A stretch of 47,697 bases of DNA from Aquificaceae bacterium (GCA_046292245.1 JBKBRK010000001.1:1-47697); one strand, 5' to 3'; positions 1-9,978 are shown, counted from the stretch's first letter. Notes: a model not told the origin generated them from the sequence alone. A program made the numbers and translations.

Positions 1-114
1 CAAAAGGCTTGCAAGCTTTTTCCTTGATAAAAAGCCTATCAACAAAAAGAGAAGTATAAAAAGGGATGGAGGCAAGATTAAAAGGCTAAGCAGTTTCTTT
101 ATAAAAAGACTCAT
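1..114 (-). CDS. 5' part of a membrane protein, probably YdcF/DUF218 (ElyC-like); runs off the window edge
   Basis: ATG at 114 overlaps the exbD stop (ATGA). Manual translation MSLFIKKLLSLLILPPSLFILLFLLIGFLSRKK resembles DUF218 N-termini. Not in the ORF track. Confidence 0.6.
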   Translation of the reverse strand, partial: MSLFIKKLLSLLILPPSLFILLFLLIGFLSRKKLASLL

Positions 115-506
115 CTGCCTTTTCTTACACCTATGAGTACATTTTCCACCTCTTTGCGCTTGGCTACATCCATCAAAGCCACCACAAACTTATGGGCTAC
201 CTCCTCGTCCGCTTCTATTATTATGGTTTTTGGCTTTTCTTCTTCTATCTGTTTTTCTATCTCTTCAAGGCTTACATCCTTGCCCCCTATTTGATACCTA
301 CCATCTTTTAACACCTGCACCCTATAGACCTCAAGGGCGGTTTTTTCGCCCTCCTTTGCAAAGGGAAGCTTTACCGCCAAAAAGGTTATGGGTGATTGAA
401 AGGCAAGCACCGCAAGGAATAAAAAGACAGCCAAAAGGGTATCCACAAGGGGCACCACATCTATATAAGCCCTTTCTTCAGAGCTTAGCCTTCTTTTTCT
501 TCTCAT
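111..506 (-). CDS. exbD: biopolymer transport protein ExbD/TolR
   Basis: IDVVPLVDTLLAVFLFL TM motif; IEADEEV..FVVALMD C-terminal motif. Confidence 0.92.
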   Translation of the reverse strand: MRRKRRLSSEERAYIDVVPLVDTLLAVFLFLAVLAFQSPITFLAVKLPFAKEGEKTALEVYRVQVLKDGRYQIGGKDVSLEEIEKQIEEEKPKTIIIEADEEVAHKFVVALMDVAKRKEVENVLIGVRKGR

Positions 507-1117
507 CTTATTATCCTTATAATCTCAAAGATCTCTTCCTCTATTTTATCCAGCATATTGTTGCCCCATATCTTAAAAAGCCAATAGGCTAATAAGGCAG
601 GGATGGCTACTGCAAGGCCTGTGGCGGCGGCAACCAAAGCCTCGCTTATTCCTTTTGAAAGCAGAGGTATTGCCCTTTCTGGGTCTGATAGGGCAAAGGC
701 AGAAAAGACCTTTATAAGCCCCGTTATGGTGCCAAACAACCCTATAAGGGGTGCAACGCTTGCCACAGTAGAAAGTAAAGCCAAATTCTTTTCCAACCTT
801 GGCATAAGTAGGGAAGTTTCAAAATCAAGGACCTTTACCATCTCATCCTTGGTAAGCCTTCCCTCTTTATACCTCTCCAAAAGGTCCTTAAGGATAAGAG
901 ATACATGGGAATTATCCACAGAAAGGAGTTTAATAGCACCCTCTATATCTTCCTTTGCCAGAAGAAGCTTTATATCCTTTAGAGCCTTGCTCTTGTATTT
1001 GGAGGTCAAAAAGCTTAAAAGCCTTTCCACTATGATAGTCCAAGAGAGCAGGGAAAGGAAAAGGAGGGGATACATGGCAAGACCGCCCTTTTGTAAAAGC
1101 TCTGTAAAACCCTCCAT
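503..1117 (-). CDS. exbB: MotA/TolQ/ExbB proton channel protein
   Basis: GGLAMYPL, APLIGLFGTITGLI and GISEALVAAATGLAVAIPA motifs. Confidence 0.93.
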   Translation of the reverse strand: MEGFTELLQKGGLAMYPLLFLSLLSWTIIVERLLSFLTSKYKSKALKDIKLLLAKEDIEGAIKLLSVDNSHVSLILKDLLERYKEGRLTKDEMVKVLDFETSLLMPRLEKNLALLSTVASVAPLIGLFGTITGLIKVFSAFALSDPERAIPLLSKGISEALVAAATGLAVAIPALLAYWLFKIWGNNMLDKIEEEIFEIIRIIR

Positions 1118-1118
1118 T

Positions 1119-3653
1119 TTAGTTCACCTCACATTTTGGTAAATCTTGTTTTAGCTTATCATACAATTTTAAATCTTCTTGTGAAGCTTTGTTTGAATCA
1201 AACCTATTTAGTATACAGCTTGCATCTCTTTTGGCACCGAGCTCAAGCAATATCTTTGCAGCCTCAAGGACCGCAGGGTTATAGTAGCCCTCTCCCTTGT
1301 AGTCAAGGCTTATCTCCACAAAGCTCTCAAGGGCTTTTCTTTTATCCCCCTTCCTTAACATCTCAAATCCTTGGATATAAAGCCCCTGACCTCTAAGGCT
1401 TTTATTGGGGCTTTTCAAAAGGTATTCTAAAAGAGAAGGGTCTTTGGACTGTTTGTATAGCTCCAAAAGATACCTATCAAACTCCTCATCCCTGTATCCT
1501 GCCTTTGTAAGTTCTTGAGCTAAGGGTAGGGCGGCGTTGGTTTCTCCCATGCTTAGGTATATACCTATGGCTTTGACTTTATCTTGAGGGCTACCTTCCG
1601 ACAAAAGGTCTGCAAGGCTTTTTCTGTCGCCCACGGAGGTGTATATACTTATAATCTCATCCCTTGCCCTTTTTCTGTCCTCTTCCAGCGTAGCCTCTTT
1701 ATACACCTTGTAAAGGAGGATTAACTTCTTACCCGTATCCTCTTCAAGCTCTGCAAGCTTAAGTATTGCCTTAAATTTAAGGGGTGTATTAAGAAGTTTT
1801 AAAAGCTCTCTTTCCGCTTCTTCTTTATTGCCCTTTTGGGCTTTGATAAGGGCAAGTTGATAGATAGCTTCTGGGGGTGGGTTTTCTTCCTTTGCTATGT
1901 AGCCTTCAAGGGCCTTTTCCATCTCCTCCTCCTTTATATCCTTAAAGTCAAGAAGCGCCAAAAGAGCCTGCCTTGCCTCTTGGCTATCGGGGAATCTTCT
2001 TAGCACCTGGTAATATAGATCTTTGGCTTTTTGCACATCTCCAAGGTTATAGTAGCTCTCTGCTTCTTTAAGAAGAGCCTTTGGCTTTAGTGGGCTATCA
2101 AAGGGAACTTTGCTGAAAAGCTCCGCAGATCTTCTGTAATCGCTCTCTATAAAATAAGAGATTCCGAGAAGATAAAACTCCTCAGGTGAATTTCCCTTTA
2201 AAAATCCCCTTGCAAGACTTGCATCGCCCAACATAAGGGCTGCCCTTGCACTCAAAAGTTTTGCCCTTTCCTCTGCCCTTCCCCTCAAAAGCTCTATAAC
2301 TTCCTTGTATTTTTTCGTGTTATATAGAGCCAAGGCTTTGTAATAGGGATCTTCAAAAAAGCTCAAGGCCCCCAGCCAATCACCTTTTCTAAACATCTCC
2401 CAGCCCATGTACTCTTTGTAAAGCTCTGGATACCTTGGAGAAACCTCCCTTAGCACCTCACTCATATCTTCTCCAGACCAGTAAAGGGATTCCAAAAGCC
2501 AAAGGTAGTCTTCTCTATCCTTTTCCTTTTTATCCCTAAGCAGTTGAGCAGCCCTTTTGTAATCTCCCATCTTTATAGCGGAGTACACCGCATACTTTAT
2601 ATTTCCAGCTTCTAAGAAGTTCAAGAGGGCAAGGTTATAATCCTTTGAGTTGTAGGCTATAACTCCCGCCTTTTCCAAAAAGCCTTTGTTTTTGGTGATG
2701 GTATATACAAGCCTTGAAAGGTAAACGTCCCTTTCCGATATAAAGGCATAAAGCTCTTTGGAAAGCTCTGGGTCTATACTTTCCAGTATGCTTGCATGCC
2801 TCAAAGCTTGCTTTTCCCTGTTTTCCTTGTATTCTATTAGGGCAAGGTAGTATAGGGCTACCTTTCGGTAAGGTCTGCCGGGCTCTGAGTATTTGGAGAA
2901 AATCTCCTTGGCTTTTTGCAGATCTCCGGAAAAGTAGCTAAGTATACCAGACCTTAAAAGGGTGCTGTCTTTGTATAGTAAGTTTTCTCCTCCCTGAATA
3001 AAGTGGGATACATACTGACAATACTGGATAAAGACCACACCTTCGCAAGAGGGATTAGACTCCTTACCTTCCCTTATGTCCTTTACCGCTCTCCATAGGT
3101 TGTCTTGGTTTTCCGGAACAGTTCCCTCTAACATCAAGCTAAGGGCATAATAGGCTTCGCAGGCGGCTTGGCGGTATATGTGAGAAATTTGGCAGGAGTT
3201 TTTAAAAAATTCCAAAGCTCTATCTTTCTTGTCTTCTGAATAGGCGATTATTCCCATCACATACTCCGCCATGGGTTTAAAGGGAGAGTTGGGCACAACA
3301 ACCACTTTTCCAAGCTCTTCTTTGGCAAGGTCGTATCTCCCTCTTAGGTAATAGTCTACTCCCAACCTGTAGGATAGGGCATCCTTTGGCTCTCCACAGC
3401 TTATGCCTGCCGATTTTTCCACAGGTTTTACAGGCATAAACTCCATACTCTTTGGAGCTTCAAGGAGAAGGTAAGAAAGGTTTAATTGTTTTGCTTTGGG
3501 CAAGGGCAAGCTTTCCGGTGGGCTAAGCTTGGGCTTTTCCTCTCGTATCTCCCCTATGAATTCAACCTTTACGTCAAACTCCTTGGTTATCTGCTGAGCA
3601 AAGACAAGGTTTATCAAAAAAAGTAAACTAAAGAGCCCTATGGGCTTCCACAT
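1119..3653 (-). CDS. exported tetratricopeptide-repeat protein (844 aa)
   Basis: N-terminal signal peptide; many TPR-like helices, including YbgF-like AESYYNLG..AKDLYYQVLRRFPDS. Confidence 0.85.
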   Translation of the reverse strand: MWKPIGLFSLLFLINLVFAQQITKEFDVKVEFIGEIREEKPKLSPPESLPLPKAKQLNLSYLLLEAPKSMEFMPVKPVEKSAGISCGEPKDALSYRLGVDYYLRGRYDLAKEELGKVVVVPNSPFKPMAEYVMGIIAYSEDKKDRALEFFKNSCQISHIYRQAACEAYYALSLMLEGTVPENQDNLWRAVKDIREGKESNPSCEGVVFIQYCQYVSHFIQGGENLLYKDSTLLRSGILSYFSGDLQKAKEIFSKYSEPGRPYRKVALYYLALIEYKENREKQALRHASILESIDPELSKELYAFISERDVYLSRLVYTITKNKGFLEKAGVIAYNSKDYNLALLNFLEAGNIKYAVYSAIKMGDYKRAAQLLRDKKEKDREDYLWLLESLYWSGEDMSEVLREVSPRYPELYKEYMGWEMFRKGDWLGALSFFEDPYYKALALYNTKKYKEVIELLRGRAEERAKLLSARAALMLGDASLARGFLKGNSPEEFYLLGISYFIESDYRRSAELFSKVPFDSPLKPKALLKEAESYYNLGDVQKAKDLYYQVLRRFPDSQEARQALLALLDFKDIKEEEMEKALEGYIAKEENPPPEAIYQLALIKAQKGNKEEAERELLKLLNTPLKFKAILKLAELEEDTGKKLILLYKVYKEATLEEDRKRARDEIISIYTSVGDRKSLADLLSEGSPQDKVKAIGIYLSMGETNAALPLAQELTKAGYRDEEFDRYLLELYKQSKDPSLLEYLLKSPNKSLRGQGLYIQGFEMLRKGDKRKALESFVEISLDYKGEGYYNPAVLEAAKILLELGAKRDASCILNRFDSNKASQEDLKLYDKLKQDLPKCEVN

Positions 3654-4263
3654 AGTAATCCCCCAAATGGCATGTTATGTTTAGCTGTATTATAACATTC
3701 CTATCCCTTTCCATATGGATTAGGGAATAGCTGGCGTTATCGCAACCAAAAGACCAAAATCTGGAAAGGTCTATGTTAAGAAGGGCGCAATACATAGCCC
3801 TCATGGGCACCGTGTGGGAAACAAGCGCTATGGTTTGTCCCCAGTGCTTTTCCTTTACATAGTTTAGAAAATCTTTTACTTTTTCGTACACCTGCAAAAG
3901 ACTTTCTCCATCTTCAAAGCTTACCTTGTGGGGTTCCTCAAGCCACCTTTTAAATTGTTGCGGAAACTTCTCCTGCACCTCTTGAACAAGCATACCAGAC
4001 CAAAGGCCATGGTCTATCTCTATGATCCTTTTGTCGGGAATTACCTCCATGTTTTTTCCTTCTACCAAGCTTAGGGCGGTTTGCATTGTCCTTTTTAGAG
4101 GGGAGGAATAGACTGCATGGAGTGTTATGTTTTTAAAGTGCTTTCCAAGAAGCTTCGCCTGTTTTTTTCCCCTTTCCGATAGTTCTGGGTCAAGCAAGCC
4201 TTGATATCTGCCTATGGGATTCCATTGGCTTTCTGCATGCCTTACAAGGTAAAGCTTTACCAT
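3628..4263 (-). CDS. pspA: metal-independent phosphoserine phosphatase PspA (histidine phosphatase family)
   Basis: RHAES catalytic motif, EIDHG and C-terminal NITCHLG.YYVEAH tail match H. thermophilus PspA as recalled; adjacent to a class V aminotransferase. Confidence 0.9.
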   Translation of the reverse strand: MVKLYLVRHAESQWNPIGRYQGLLDPELSERGKKQAKLLGKHFKNITLHAVYSSPLKRTMQTALSLVEGKNMEVIPDKRIIEIDHGLWSGMLVQEVQEKFPQQFKRWLEEPHKVSFEDGESLLQVYEKVKDFLNYVKEKHWGQTIALVSHTVPMRAMYCALLNIDLSRFWSFGCDNASYSLIHMERDRNVIIQLNITCHLGDYYVEAHRAL

Positions 4264-5381
4264 ATTCCCATCTCCATAAGAACTTCACTGTAAGCCCTTA
4301 CCCCCTCTCCCAAATCTATTCCAAAGCCAAGCTTTTTAATAACCACCTCCAACATACCCACAAGCATAAGACCATCCTTTGGGTCTACGCCCATGTGGGA
4401 TATGCGAAAGATCTTGCCCTTTAGCTCATCTTGACCGCCCGCCACCCTTATGCCAAGCTTTAACATTTCTTTTCTGATATCTTCCGCCCTTTCCGACCCT
4501 ATGGCGCTTACAGAAAGGGAAGGGCTTTGAGAAAATCTATTTAGACCCAAAACTTCCATAGCCCTTAGGGTCCCCTTTGATAAAGCCCTGTGCCTTTTTT
4601 CTACCTTTTCCATACCTTCTTCAAGGAGAAGCTCCAAGGATTCCTTCATGGCAAGGATAAGGCTTATGGCAGGCGTCCAAGCAGTTTGCCCCTCCTTTTG
4701 CTTTGAAAGCTCCTTTTTTACGCTAAAGTAAAAGGCTCTATCCACCAACCTTTCTTGCGCCCTTTGAGAGAACCAAAGAACAGAAAGTCCCGGGGGAAGT
4801 AAAAAGCCCTTTTGAGACCCACCCACTATCACATCAAGCCCCCATTGGGAGGGTTTTATGTGATAAACACCAAGGGCGGTTATGGCGTCTGCAACGCATA
4901 AAAGGTCAAACTCTTTGCATACCTCACCTATCTCTTTTGCAGGATGATAGGCGCCCGTTGATGTCTCCGATATCTGAAAGAGAACACCCTTGCAGTTGGG
5001 GTTTTCCTTTAAAATTTCCCTTAACCTATCTGGGTCTGCGGACCTTCCCCACTCCACCTTGTACTCAATGGGCTTTAGTTTCCAGTGTTGAGAGAGCTTT
5101 AGCCACCTTTCTCCAAACTTACCACCGTTTATGACAACTACCTCATCCCCCTCTTGGAAGAAGTTCAAAATACTCGCTTCCATGGCGCCAGTGCCCGAGG
5201 AAGCAAAAAAGACAAAGTTTTCAGAGTCTTCCTCCAAAAGCCTTTTAAATAGTTCTCTAACCTCCAAAAAAGACCTTCTGAATTCCTCGGTGCGATGGTG
5301 GATTATCTGTCTTCCAAGAACTTCCCTTACCCTTTCGGGAATTTCCACAGGACCTGGTGTAAATATCCTTTCTCTTTTCAT
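4257..5381 (-). CDS. class V PLP aminotransferase (phosphoserine / alanine-glyoxylate aminotransferase)
   Basis: FTPGP, SGTGAME, SETSTG, VADAIT and GSQKG (PLP Lys); start moved to ATG 5381 (MKRERIFTPGP). Confidence 0.88.
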   Translation of the reverse strand: MKRERIFTPGPVEIPERVREVLGRQIIHHRTEEFRRSFLEVRELFKRLLEEDSENFVFFASSGTGAMEASILNFFQEGDEVVVINGGKFGERWLKLSQHWKLKPIEYKVEWGRSADPDRLREILKENPNCKGVLFQISETSTGAYHPAKEIGEVCKEFDLLCVADAITALGVYHIKPSQWGLDVIVGGSQKGFLLPPGLSVLWFSQRAQERLVDRAFYFSVKKELSKQKEGQTAWTPAISLILAMKESLELLLEEGMEKVEKRHRALSKGTLRAMEVLGLNRFSQSPSLSVSAIGSERAEDIRKEMLKLGIRVAGGQDELKGKIFRISHMGVDPKDGLMLVGMLEVVIKKLGFGIDLGEGVRAYSEVLMEMGIW

Positions 5382-5672
5382 GTAGAATATTTTACTCTGA
5401 AGGCACGATTTATCTTTCATGGCCTTTCAAAAATAGCCCTTCTTACAGGACTACCGCCCCCTGAAGCGGGAGCTCGTGTCAATATAAAACCTTCTTAGGA
5501 GAAAATTAGCACCACTACCTCTTTCAAATGCCTTCCTTTGTTAGTTATTTCATATACAAAAAAAATTCTTCAAACAACTCGGCTCACAAACTGCCCATAT
5601 GAGGGAACTTCTCACTTGGCGTAAGTAGGAAATTATTTCTCTAACACACCCCCAGTAATATAATAAAGTGCT

Positions 5673-6431
5673 ATGAACCCCTTTCAGCAACTTTTGAAGA
5701 TCATGCAAGAGCTCAGGGCAAAGTGCCCGTGGGACAAAAAGCAGACCCATAAGAGTTTAAAAAAGTACCTAATTGAGGAAGCTTACGAGCTTTTGGATGC
5801 CATAGATTCCAAGGATGACAAAAAGCTAAAGGAGGAACTCGGAGACTTGCTTCTGCAGGTGGTTTTTCACTCTCAGATTGCAAAGGAAAGAGGAGCCTTT
5901 GATATATGGGGGGTTATAGAGGAGTTAAACAAAAAGCTTATAGAGAGACATCCCCACGTTTTTGGATGTGAAGCTCCAGAGGAGATTTTAAAAAGGTGGG
6001 AGGAAAGGAAGCTAAAAGACCGTGAAAGCATCCTTGATGGGATTCCAAAAAGTCTTCCTGCCCTTCTTAGGTCTCAAAAGCTTCAAGATAGAGCAAGCCT
6101 TGTGGGCTTTGATTTTGAAAAGCCAGAACAAGCCTTGGAAAAGCTTATGGAGGAGATAGAGGAATTCAAGGAAGCTATAAAGCTTGGGGACAAAAGGGCT
6201 TTGGAGCACGAGCTTGGTGATATTCTGACTGCGGCGGTGGAGATAGGTAGGTTATGTGGGCTTGATGCGGAAATGTGTCTTCAAAGGGCAAACGACAGGT
6301 TTGAAAAAAGGTTTAGGTATGTGGAAAAAAAGGCAAAGGAGATGGGGAAAAACCTAAAGGATATGAGCCTTGAGGAGATGGATAAATTTTGGATAGAGTC
6401 TAAGGAGTTTGACTACAAAGAAGAGGGATAG
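5673..6431 (+). CDS. mazG: nucleoside triphosphate pyrophosphohydrolase MazG
   Basis: CPWDKKQTH, EEAYE, EELGDLLLQVVFH; two MazG domains. Confidence 0.95.
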   Translation: MNPFQQLLKIMQELRAKCPWDKKQTHKSLKKYLIEEAYELLDAIDSKDDKKLKEELGDLLLQVVFHSQIAKERGAFDIWGVIEELNKKLIERHPHVFGCEAPEEILKRWEERKLKDRESILDGIPKSLPALLRSQKLQDRASLVGFDFEKPEQALEKLMEEIEEFKEAIKLGDKRALEHELGDILTAAVEIGRLCGLDAEMCLQRANDRFEKRFRYVEKKAKEMGKNLKDMSLEEMDKFWIESKEFDYKEEG

Positions 6432-7644
6432 GCTTTTTGTTTGTTCTTTCCTCAAAGTACTTTGATCCGGGATCTCCAAGGGTGCTTGCACCCACAAATA
6501 TTAAAGCAATTTCTCCAAGGACTATATCCCTTGAGAATCTAACAAGGATCTCTTTGGCACCTTCCAAGATTATACCTTTGCCCTCTTGTAAGGTATCTGC
6601 GGGAACTTTGTATATCTGCCTTGCCCTCTCACTTCCCACCAAAAGCATCAAAGAGTTATCATATGCTATCTCCGTTTGCAGCGTAGCGCTTATGCGATTA
6701 TTTAAAAGGATGCTTTCGTAATCCTTTGAAACAAAAAAGGTGGGATTGCAAAGTCCCTCTATGGACTCCAAGGGCTCATCCTCAAGTTTTTCCTTGAGTA
6801 TCACTCTAAGCCCTCCCTTGCTGTAGTAGATGGTATTTCCTACCTTTTCCACGGGCTCAGCCTTTAAAAGGCCCCTTATGGAGGAAGAAAAGGGCTTTAC
6901 AAGAGAGGGTATAACCTCACCGGCTACTTCTATCTTCCCTAAAAGAAGCTTCCAGTTTAGAAAGCTAAACTCCCACTCTTTGCAAGATAAACCAAGTTGG
7001 GACTCTGCAAAAAGCCTAACCTCTTTTATAAAAAGTTTTTCTTCTTTGCTTCCTGGCCTTCTGCCTTGAAAGGATACAAGGTCCCACATGGATTTTTCCT
7101 TTTTTTGTTTAAAAAGCCCATAAATACATCCGCAGTAATCTTGGTGGTATATCTCCATAGCCTTTGAAAGCTTAAACATCTCCTGAGTGCCACCAGCTTT
7201 TCGGTAATCAAGAGCCAAGAACTCTATACCTGCTGGCTTACATACTTTATCTCCACTCTCTTTTAGCATCAAAAAGTCTTTCTTTGGACTCATCAAAAGG
7301 GTCGTGGTTAGATGAGTGGCGCCTATTTGTTTGGCAAACTCCAAGCTTCTTAAAAGCCTGTAATCAAAACATAGGGCACACCTTTTGCCCTTCTCTGGCT
7401 CCTCTTCGTAGCCTTTAACATGATAAAGCCAGTTTTCTATATCGTACTCACCCTCATATAAAGGGATGCCAAGCTCTTCAAAAGCCCTTTTGGTCTCCAC
7501 AAGCCTTAGCTTGTACTCTTCGTAGGGATGTATATTGGGGTCGTAGAAAAAGCCCACTATTTGGGCTTGGGGATAGTCTTCCTTCAGCCTCCTTAGGAAA
7601 TATACTGCATCGGGAGCGCAGCAAACATGTACCAATATCTTCAT
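6400..7644 (-). CDS. queH: epoxyqueuosine reductase QueH (DUF208) with long C-terminal extension
   Basis: HVCCAPD, FYDPNIHPYEEY, RCALCF and YHQDYCGC motifs. Confidence 0.9.
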   Translation of the reverse strand: MKILVHVCCAPDAVYFLRRLKEDYPQAQIVGFFYDPNIHPYEEYKLRLVETKRAFEELGIPLYEGEYDIENWLYHVKGYEEEPEKGKRCALCFDYRLLRSLEFAKQIGATHLTTTLLMSPKKDFLMLKESGDKVCKPAGIEFLALDYRKAGGTQEMFKLSKAMEIYHQDYCGCIYGLFKQKKEKSMWDLVSFQGRRPGSKEEKLFIKEVRLFAESQLGLSCKEWEFSFLNWKLLLGKIEVAGEVIPSLVKPFSSSIRGLLKAEPVEKVGNTIYYSKGGLRVILKEKLEDEPLESIEGLCNPTFFVSKDYESILLNNRISATLQTEIAYDNSLMLLVGSERARQIYKVPADTLQEGKGIILEGAKEILVRFSRDIVLGEIALIFVGASTLGDPGSKYFEERTNKKPIPLLCSQTP

Positions 7645-8861
7645 TTTTTGCCCTTTACGTACTGCTCCCAGTTTTCCTTGGCAAAGGGAGAAAGCTCCCT
7701 TAAGATTTTGACAGTTTTGGGAAACTCCTCCAATACATAATCCACGTCCTCTTGAGTGTTATCTCTTCCAAAACTAAAGACTATGGAGCCATTAGCTACT
7801 TCCTTTGGCACGCCTACGGCAAAGAGAACATGGGATTGTTTCAAAGCCAAGGAAACACAGGCAGAGCCAGAGGCGGTTTCAATACCCATAAGGTCAAGCC
7901 TTAAAAGCATCGCCTCTCCTTCTATGAGATGAACTATAAGGGAAAGATGGTGGGGAAGCCTTTGAGTGGGATGACCCGTAAACTCTATCATATCAAGCTT
8001 TTCCTCAAGTCCCTTTCTTAGTTGTTCTCTATAGTGAGAAAGCCTTTCCATCCTATCGGGCAACTCCTTCATGGCGAGCTCACAGGCAGCACCAAAGCCC
8101 ACTATACCAGGCACGTTCTCCGTGCCAGCCCTTACACCCCTTTCTTGAGTCCCTCCTTCTATCAGGGGCTTTACCTTTACTCCCTTTCTTGTCCATAGGG
8201 CTCCCACTCCCTTAGGACCATACATGAGGTGAGCGGTAAAGGATGCAGCGTCCACACCCCAATCCTTCAGATCCACAGAATAATGGCCAAGGGTAGGACA
8301 GGCATCTGTGTGAAAGATAACCTTTGGATTTTTCTCCTTTGCAGCCTTTACAAGCTCCTTTATGTTTTGTAGGGTGCCTATCTCTCTGTTGGAGTGTCCT
8401 ATGCTTATTAAAACCGTGTCGGATCTTATGGCTTCTGCCAGCTGGTCTGGGTGTATAAGGCCATACTTATCGGGTTTTAGGTAGGTTACTTCCCATCCTT
8501 TTCTTTCAAGGTTTTTCAAGGGATGGAGTATGGAATGGTGTTCTATCTCTGTGGTAATTATGTGCCTTCCTTTCTTTTCATAAGCCTCCGCTATACCCTT
8601 TATGGCCAAGTTGTTTGCTTCTATACCACCAGAGGTAAATATTATCTCCTCTGGGGAGTTGGCTCTTATAAGTGTTGCCAACTTTTCTCTGGCTTCGTTT
8701 ATAGCCTTTTTGGCAATTTGCCCAAAGCTGTGAAGAGATGTAGGATTTCCAAAGTGTTCCCTAAGGTAGGGAAGCATTGCATCTATTACCTCTTGAGCTA
8801 CTGGTGTGGTAGCTATATGGTCTAAATAGACCACCCTTTTGCTTGCCTTTTGTATAAACAT
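7641..8861 (-). CDS. iscS: cysteine desulfurase (IscS/NifS type)
   Basis: YLDHIATTP, GNPTS, EHHS, RAGTEN and ASGSAC catalytic loop. The usual HK PLP motif reads AHL (see findings). Confidence 0.88.
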   Translation of the reverse strand: MFIQKASKRVVYLDHIATTPVAQEVIDAMLPYLREHFGNPTSLHSFGQIAKKAINEAREKLATLIRANSPEEIIFTSGGIEANNLAIKGIAEAYEKKGRHIITTEIEHHSILHPLKNLERKGWEVTYLKPDKYGLIHPDQLAEAIRSDTVLISIGHSNREIGTLQNIKELVKAAKEKNPKVIFHTDACPTLGHYSVDLKDWGVDAASFTAHLMYGPKGVGALWTRKGVKVKPLIEGGTQERGVRAGTENVPGIVGFGAACELAMKELPDRMERLSHYREQLRKGLEEKLDMIEFTGHPTQRLPHHLSLIVHLIEGEAMLLRLDLMGIETASGSACVSLALKQSHVLFAVGVPKEVANGSIVFSFGRDNTQEDVDYVLEEFPKTVKILRELSPFAKENWEQYVKGKK

Positions 8862-8864
8862 CTT

Positions 8865-9899
8865 TTACCTCCTTTGTAAAATATCGCTTATTAGCTTTGC
8901 TATGCCTATGAAAGCCTTTGCGCTTTCCGAATCGGGATGGCTTTCTACCACTGGGATTCCCATGTCGGAAGTTTCCGCTAAATCAGGGTCTATGGGAATG
9001 GAGCCAAGGATCTTTAGTCCGTAAGTGGTGGCAAACTCTGGTACCCTACCCTTTCCAAAGATGTAATATCTTTTGCCGCTATCGGGGCATGCAAAGTAAG
9101 CCATGTTCTCTATAACACCAAGGATCGGAATATCAACCTCTTTAAACATGGCAACAGCCTTTTTCACATCCGCCAAGGCTACATCCTGGGGTGTGGTAAC
9201 CACGATAGCACCACTCATATAAACATTCTGAGCAAGGGTAAGTTGTACGTCGCCCGTACCCGGTGGCAAGTCCAAGACCAAAAAGTCAAGCTCCCCCCAC
9301 CTCACATCAAAAAGAAACTGGGTGAGAGCCCTCATAAGCATGGGACCACGCCATATTACAGGTGTATCCTCCGAGGGCAACAAAAAGCCGATGGATAAAG
9401 TCTTTATACCATACTTTTCTATAGGAATAATCCTATTTTCCTCATCCACATGAACCCTTTCACCCTTTATACCCAAAAGGGTGGGAACGCTTGGACCATA
9501 TATATCCGCATCCAAAAGCCCTACCCTATACCCAAGCTTGGAAAGGGCAAGGGCTAAGTTGGCAGAAATAGTAGACTTTCCTACGCCGCCCTTTCCACTA
9601 CCTACCGCTATGAGATGTTTTACGCCGGGAACCCTCCTTCTTGTAAAGGCTGGAGTCCCCATAAGGGGCTGTGCGGGAATGTCCTCCACAAACCTGATCT
9701 TTACATCCTCCACGTCGGGAATGCCCTCCAAAGCCCTTTGAGTTTTCTCCACTATCTCCTCCTCTAAGCCCTTCTTGGGAAGTCTGTATATTATTTCAAG
9801 GGTATGACCTATAAGCTTTATATCCTTTACAAGCTCCGAAAGTCTTGAGTTCTCAACGGCTACATCTCTTAGAGAATCCATTATGTCCTTGATTGCCAT
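8865..9899 (-). CDS. mrp: Mrp/ApbC (NBP35) Fe-S carrier ATPase
   Basis: GKGGVGKST, DADIYGPS, WRGPM, DLPPGTGD, ENMAYFACP. Confidence 0.95.
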   Translation of the reverse strand: MAIKDIMDSLRDVAVENSRLSELVKDIKLIGHTLEIIYRLPKKGLEEEIVEKTQRALEGIPDVEDVKIRFVEDIPAQPLMGTPAFTRRRVPGVKHLIAVGSGKGGVGKSTISANLALALSKLGYRVGLLDADIYGPSVPTLLGIKGERVHVDEENRIIPIEKYGIKTLSIGFLLPSEDTPVIWRGPMLMRALTQFLFDVRWGELDFLVLDLPPGTGDVQLTLAQNVYMSGAIVVTTPQDVALADVKKAVAMFKEVDIPILGVIENMAYFACPDSGKRYYIFGKGRVPEFATTYGLKILGSIPIDPDLAETSDMGIPVVESHPDSESAKAFIGIAKLISDILQRR

Positions 9900-9978
9900 G
9901 CTATCCTCCTTGACCTTTTAAAAATATATCTTGGCACTTATAAAACTTGTATGAGAATTATCAAATCTCACAGGAGAT

